64,000 nucleotides of DNA from Halarcobacter sp. (GTDB taxonomy: Bacteria > Campylobacterota > Campylobacteria > Campylobacterales > Arcobacteraceae). Below the pieces are notes generated by a model that worked only from the letters and a program-made list of their open reading frames with translations, was not told where the DNA came from and did no database searches. Each line of letters begins with the position of its first letter. The first letter of the stretch is position 1. Made by a program: the position numbers and the translations under genes. The DNA lies in NCBI GenBank assembly GCA_963676565.1, contig OY781089.1, positions 64,001 through 128,000 on the forward strand, given 5' to 3'. Shown one piece after another: positions 60,421 to 64,000 of the stretch.

Positions 60421-61170
60421 TCAAAAACTTCTTATTTTTTTTTCTAAGAGAAAAACCCATTTTCCATTAGGTACATCAATATCAAACTCTAAAGGATCTT
60501 TTCCTGTAAAATTATCACTTTTACTAAATATCGGTCTTTTCTTAACATCTGGATTAAAGCCTTCAAGCTTATACTCAAAGCCATTATCTTTAATCTTTTT
60601 TTCTAATGATTTCATAATATTCTCAACATATATAATTACAATAGAAAATCCCCAAAATTTTTCTTTATTATTAATCTCTTTAAAAACTGGTTTTCTAGCA
60701 ATTAGTGCATATTTATCATTTTGTATTAATTTAATTGGTCCTACAAAGGTTATATCTCTATTCTTAATAGCTAAAAGTGCTCCATCATCTCTTCTTTTAT
60801 CTTTTAAAAGATCATGACCCATAGCTATTTTATGCTCTTCATAGGGGTAAATATTTGTTACAATACCATCTTTTGCTAACTGCAAACATGCAATTGAATC
60901 TTTCCCTTTTATTATTTCAAATGCCCATTTATCAAAATCTTTAGTATTGTAATTATTTTGTTTAAGTAAAAGTACTTGTGAGTCTATTGCTGTTACACCT
61001 TGAGATATCTTTGCTTGAATTTCATTTACAACACTTAACATCAATAAATTTGCTTTGTTAGATATCTCTTTATCCTCTTTTTCTTTATAAAACATATAAA
61101 AACTAAGTAGGGTAAAAAACACAACAAAAAAAGTTATAATAAAAGTTACTATTGGCTTATTAATTTTCAT
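60421..61170 (-). pseudogene. TM-CHASE sensor domain, probable 5' part of a frameshifted kinase
   Basis: LQLAKDGIV..IYP, GHDLL, GPIKLIQ, RKPVF, FWGF, VPNGKW; stops 1 nt before the next ATG and lacks its second TM. Confidence 0.6.
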
Positions 61171-61256
61171 TTCTAAAACTCATTATCTGCTTAAATTAAC
61201 ATCATATTAACATGATTATATAATTATTTTAGATAAAAGCCCTTGATTATTTCTGA

Positions 61257-61607
61257 TTATTTAAAATTAAATAATTTTTTTAATTCATTTTTATATGAAG
61301 ATGAAATGTAATAATTGATTTGAAGCCCTTCCCTTTTTGAAATAAAAATACCAGCGTCTTTTAATTTTCTTAAGTGTTGAGAAACAGGAGATTGTTTCAT
61401 GTTTATCATATCACTTATATCACATACACAAAGTTTTTCATGTTTTAAAAGAAGATAAACAATTTTTAATCTAACTTCACTTCCTAAAAGGGAAAATATC
61501 TTTGCTTCTTTTATAAAAAACTCATCTAAAGCGGATAACTCTTTTCTTTCTTTTTCAATTAATTCTTCATTAATCTCGTATCTTAAACAGGTAGTATCGT
61601 TTTTCAA
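61257..61607 (-). CDS. ArsR/SmtB-family metalloregulator
   Basis: RLKI, LCVCDI, SQHLRKLK, REG..I.YY; N-terminal Cys. Confidence 0.9.
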   Translation of the reverse strand: MKNDTTCLRYEINEELIEKERKELSALDEFFIKEAKIFSLLGSEVRLKIVYLLLKHEKLCVCDISDMINMKQSPVSQHLRKLKDAGIFISKREGLQINYYISSSYKNELKKLFNFK

Positions 61608-61622
61608 AATATTCCTTATGTT

Positions 61623-62795
61623 TTATTTATTTTGACTAAAATTAACCTTTTTTGTCAAGTTTTGTTTAGCAAGATTTGGATTAAGTGGATTTATATTGTT
61701 ATCTTGATTAACTTTAAAACTTGGTGTCTTATCTGTATTACTTTTATCAGCTGATTTTTTATTTATTCTTTCTTTAAATAGATGATAAATAATTAATGCA
61801 ATCATAATAAATGATGAAATCCAATTTACTATAGATATGTGTTCATGATCAGTCACAAGAGTTAAAATACTTAATTCTTTAAAAAATGTATCATAGATAA
61901 ATCCAAAAAATAAAGCTAAAACTGCAATAACTAATAAATAAACTATTAAAGCCCCTCGTCCTAACATCTTATAAACTACACTCATTGTTACCATACTTGT
62001 AGCAGGACCAGCAGTTAAAAATATAAATACAGCACCAGGTGACATACCCTGCATCATAAATGCAGCTGCAAAAGGCAAAGAAGCAGTGGCACAAGTATAT
62101 AAAGGCATTGCAAAAAGCATAATTACTATGTAAGTTAAAAATTGGTTCTCAAATAGCATTTGTGTATACTCTTTTGGAACAACAGATATAAAAAGAGCCC
62201 CTAATATAAGTCCTATAATAAGAGCTTTTGCCATATCTTTAAATAACGTAATATAAGCATATTTAAACACTGCATTAAATGAAAACTTTTTTGATTCTTT
62301 ATTTGAACTACAACAACTAGAAGATGATGAGAAACAAGATGTTTCTAAATTATCTTGCACAAATTTTTTTTCTTCTTTTTTTTCTTTAAAAATAAAATTT
62401 TGAACTAAACCTACACTAATTGCTATTATTACTGAAGAGACAACTCTAAAAGCAGTAAAGACAAAACCAAATAATGAATAGGTAGCCAAAATAGAATCAA
62501 CACCTGTAATTGGAGTTGAGATTAAAAAACTTTGAACTGCTCCTTTACTAGCACCCTCTTTTTTAAGACCTTGGGCTATTGGTATAACAGAACAAGAACA
62601 AACTGGCAAAGGAATGCCAAATAAAGTAGCTTTTATAACTGACCCCGTAGAATCTTCCCCTAAATGTTTACTAACAAAATCATCTGAAATAAATTGTTTT
62701 AACACACCTGCTGCAAATAAACCAACAATTATATATATTGACATTGCATTTAACAAATTTAAAAAGTTTTGAAAAAAGTTTAATATAATTTCCAT
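61623..62795 (-). CDS. ArsP/DUF318-type (SO_0444-like) metal efflux permease
   Basis: PLPVCSCSVIP, FLISTP.TGVDS, Ser/Cys linker, PLYTCATAS, AGPAT; GGAG RBS favours ATG at 62795. Confidence 0.82.
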   Translation of the reverse strand: MEIILNFFQNFLNLLNAMSIYIIVGLFAAGVLKQFISDDFVSKHLGEDSTGSVIKATLFGIPLPVCSCSVIPIAQGLKKEGASKGAVQSFLISTPITGVDSILATYSLFGFVFTAFRVVSSVIIAISVGLVQNFIFKEKKEEKKFVQDNLETSCFSSSSSCCSSNKESKKFSFNAVFKYAYITLFKDMAKALIIGLILGALFISVVPKEYTQMLFENQFLTYIVIMLFAMPLYTCATASLPFAAAFMMQGMSPGAVFIFLTAGPATSMVTMSVVYKMLGRGALIVYLLVIAVLALFFGFIYDTFFKELSILTLVTDHEHISIVNWISSFIMIALIIYHLFKERINKKSADKSNTDKTPSFKVNQDNNINPLNPNLAKQNLTKKVNFSQNK

Positions 62796-62807
62796 CATCA
62801 ACTCCAA

Positions 62808-62835
62808 TAGTATATTAGAATATACTAATATACTA
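62808..62835. promoter_or_regulatory. Probable ArsR operator
   Basis: TAGTATATTAG-AATATA-CTAATATACTA inverted repeat directly upstream of the permease RBS. Confidence 0.7.
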
Positions 62836-62924
62836 CAATTAGCTTAATTAAAAATAAGTTATTCACTCTTTTAAAATAAATTTGACTTAATTTAGATAAA
62901 ATCTAAAAAAACTAAAGGTAAGGA

Positions 62925-63125
62925 ATGAATTTAATAGTTAATGGTGAAGAAAAACAGTTCGAAGAAAATTCAACACTTCAAACAATAATAACAAATCTAA
63001 AAATAGAAGACAAAGTTATGGCAGCAGCCGTGAACATGGAAATAGTTAAAAAAGATGAATGGAATACTTATATAGTTAAAGAGGATGATAAACTAGAGTT
63101 ATTACAGTTTGTTGGTGGCGGTTGA
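62925..63125 (+). CDS. thiS: Sulfur carrier protein ThiS
   Basis: VNG, AVNMEIV, C-terminal FVGGG. Confidence 0.88.
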   Translation: MNLIVNGEEKQFEENSTLQTIITNLKIEDKVMAAAVNMEIVKKDEWNTYIVKEDDKLELLQFVGGG

Positions 63126-63153
63126 TTAAATAAATTTAAAGTAGGGAGAGAAG

Positions 63154-64000
63154 ATGATTGCTGATATAAATTCAGTTTGTACTTATTGTGGTGTAGGCTG
63201 TGACATTACAGGTCAAGTACAAGATAATAAAATATTAAAAATTTATGCACAAAATGATGGATATGTTAGTCAAGGAAAACTATGTATTAAAGGTGCGAAG
63301 GGTTTTGATTTCGTTCATAGTGAACAAAGGATAAGAAACACAAGGGTTAAAAAATCTTTTATTGAAAAAAACCTTGAAGAATTACCAAGGGAGTTAAAAG
63401 CAAGGGCTAAAACCTTAAAGGAATTTGATGATGAGTACTTTGAAACTCCCTATGAGTTTACAACTTCACTTGCCGCTTGGAAACTTAGTGAAATAAAAGA
63501 AAAATATGGAAGACATAGTTTTTGTGGAATGGGAGGGGCTAGAACTTCATGTGAAAGCTCTTATATGTTCCAAAAGTTTGTAAGAGAAGGTATGGACTCA
63601 CCGCATATTGATTGTTGTGCAAGAGTTTGTCATAGTCCAAGTTTAAAAGGGATGAAACCCCTTATTGGTGAAGGGGCTGCTACAAATCCGTTTGATGATA
63701 TTTATAAAACAGAAAATATAATTATTATGGGCTCAAATACAACTGAAGCCCATCCAATTGTTTCAAATAGAATTATTAAAGCGTCTAAAGCGAAAACAGC
63801 TGACGTTACAGTTATTGATGTAAGAAATATTCAAATTGGAAAATATGGTAAAGAATTAGTAATTCCTTATGAAGCAAATCTACTAGTATTAAATATGATG
63901 GCCTATGTAATTTTATCTGAAAAACTATATAACAATGAATTTATTGATTCAAGATGTGAAGGTTTTGAAGAGTATAAAGAATCTATTTTAAATGACCCAT
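63154..64000 (+). CDS. Mo/W-bisPGD formate dehydrogenase alpha-like subunit, N-terminal part (runs off the window end; not in ORF track)
   Basis: CTYCGVGC...LCIKG Fe-S motif, IDCCARVCHSPS active-site segment, GSNTTEAHP; GGGAG RBS. Confidence 0.85.
   Translation, partial: MIADINSVCTYCGVGCDITGQVQDNKILKIYAQNDGYVSQGKLCIKGAKGFDFVHSEQRIRNTRVKKSFIEKNLEELPRELKARAKTLKEFDDEYFETPYEFTTSLAAWKLSEIKEKYGRHSFCGMGGARTSCESSYMFQKFVREGMDSPHIDCCARVCHSPSLKGMKPLIGEGAATNPFDDIYKTENIIIMGSNTTEAHPIVSNRIIKASKAKTADVTVIDVRNIQIGKYGKELVIPYEANLLVLNMMAYVILSEKLYNNEFIDSRCEGFEEYKESILNDP

Noticed and set aside
60435..60443. A9 tract as a phase-variation switch fusing CHASE to the kinase
   Set aside because: In the kinase frame a TAA follows the tract immediately, so changing its length cannot restore the fusion
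62836..62924. TPP riboswitch upstream of thiS
   Set aside because: Short AT-only spacer without the CUGAGA core
63601..63642. Selenocysteine in the formate dehydrogenase-like gene
   Set aside because: The active-site codon is TGT (Cys) and the frame is open
1..64000. CRISPR arrays, tRNA/rRNA, IS elements, integrases, prophage or defence systems
   Set aside because: No repeat-spacer arrays, RNA gene signatures or mobility/defence motifs seen by eye; intergenic gaps are all short

Overview
AT-rich chromosomal window that looks like Campylobacterota, probably Arcobacteraceae. This is inferred from the divergent ahpC/fdxA pair, the ndk-yceD-rpmF-plsX-fabH order, TGn-extended -10 promoters and many Arcobacter-style histidine kinases. 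A housekeeping backbone (hemC, dnaX, murI, metNIQ, rho, pyrB, argD, pyk, pabB/pabC) carries two unexpected metabolic modules. (1) A ~24.5 kb alcohol-oxidation region (32.8-57.3 kb) holds an aldehyde dehydrogenase, a FIST kinase/OmpR pair, pqqABCDE (pqqA is missing from the ORF track) and a PQQ alcohol dehydrogenase with the lanthanide-type W-D-F-D-G motif (PedH-like) and a lipoprotein signal. It also holds a PedA1A2BC-like ABC system, cytochrome c550, a PedG-like binding protein, a SoxYZ-like carrier, a metallohydrolase and a second ABC system. Five promoters share an exact GCTA-N7-GCTA-N11-(-10) architecture. (2) A complete fructose PTS operon (EIIA-HPr-EI fusion, 1-phosphofructokinase, EIIBC) with a divergent TetR gene and tandem operators lies between pabB and pabC. 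Other signals: a full E. coli-style -1 frameshift cassette near the 3' end of dnaX, alternative RBS-masking helices in the murI leader, a 31-aa unannotated membrane peptide, a duplicated ahpC, three probable leaderless genes, a GC-rich hairpin with a C/U loop after the aldehyde dehydrogenase, and a CHASE-PAS-kinase split by one base. I saw no rRNA, tRNA, CRISPR, IS element or integrase. All family calls come from motif recognition; no database searches were run.
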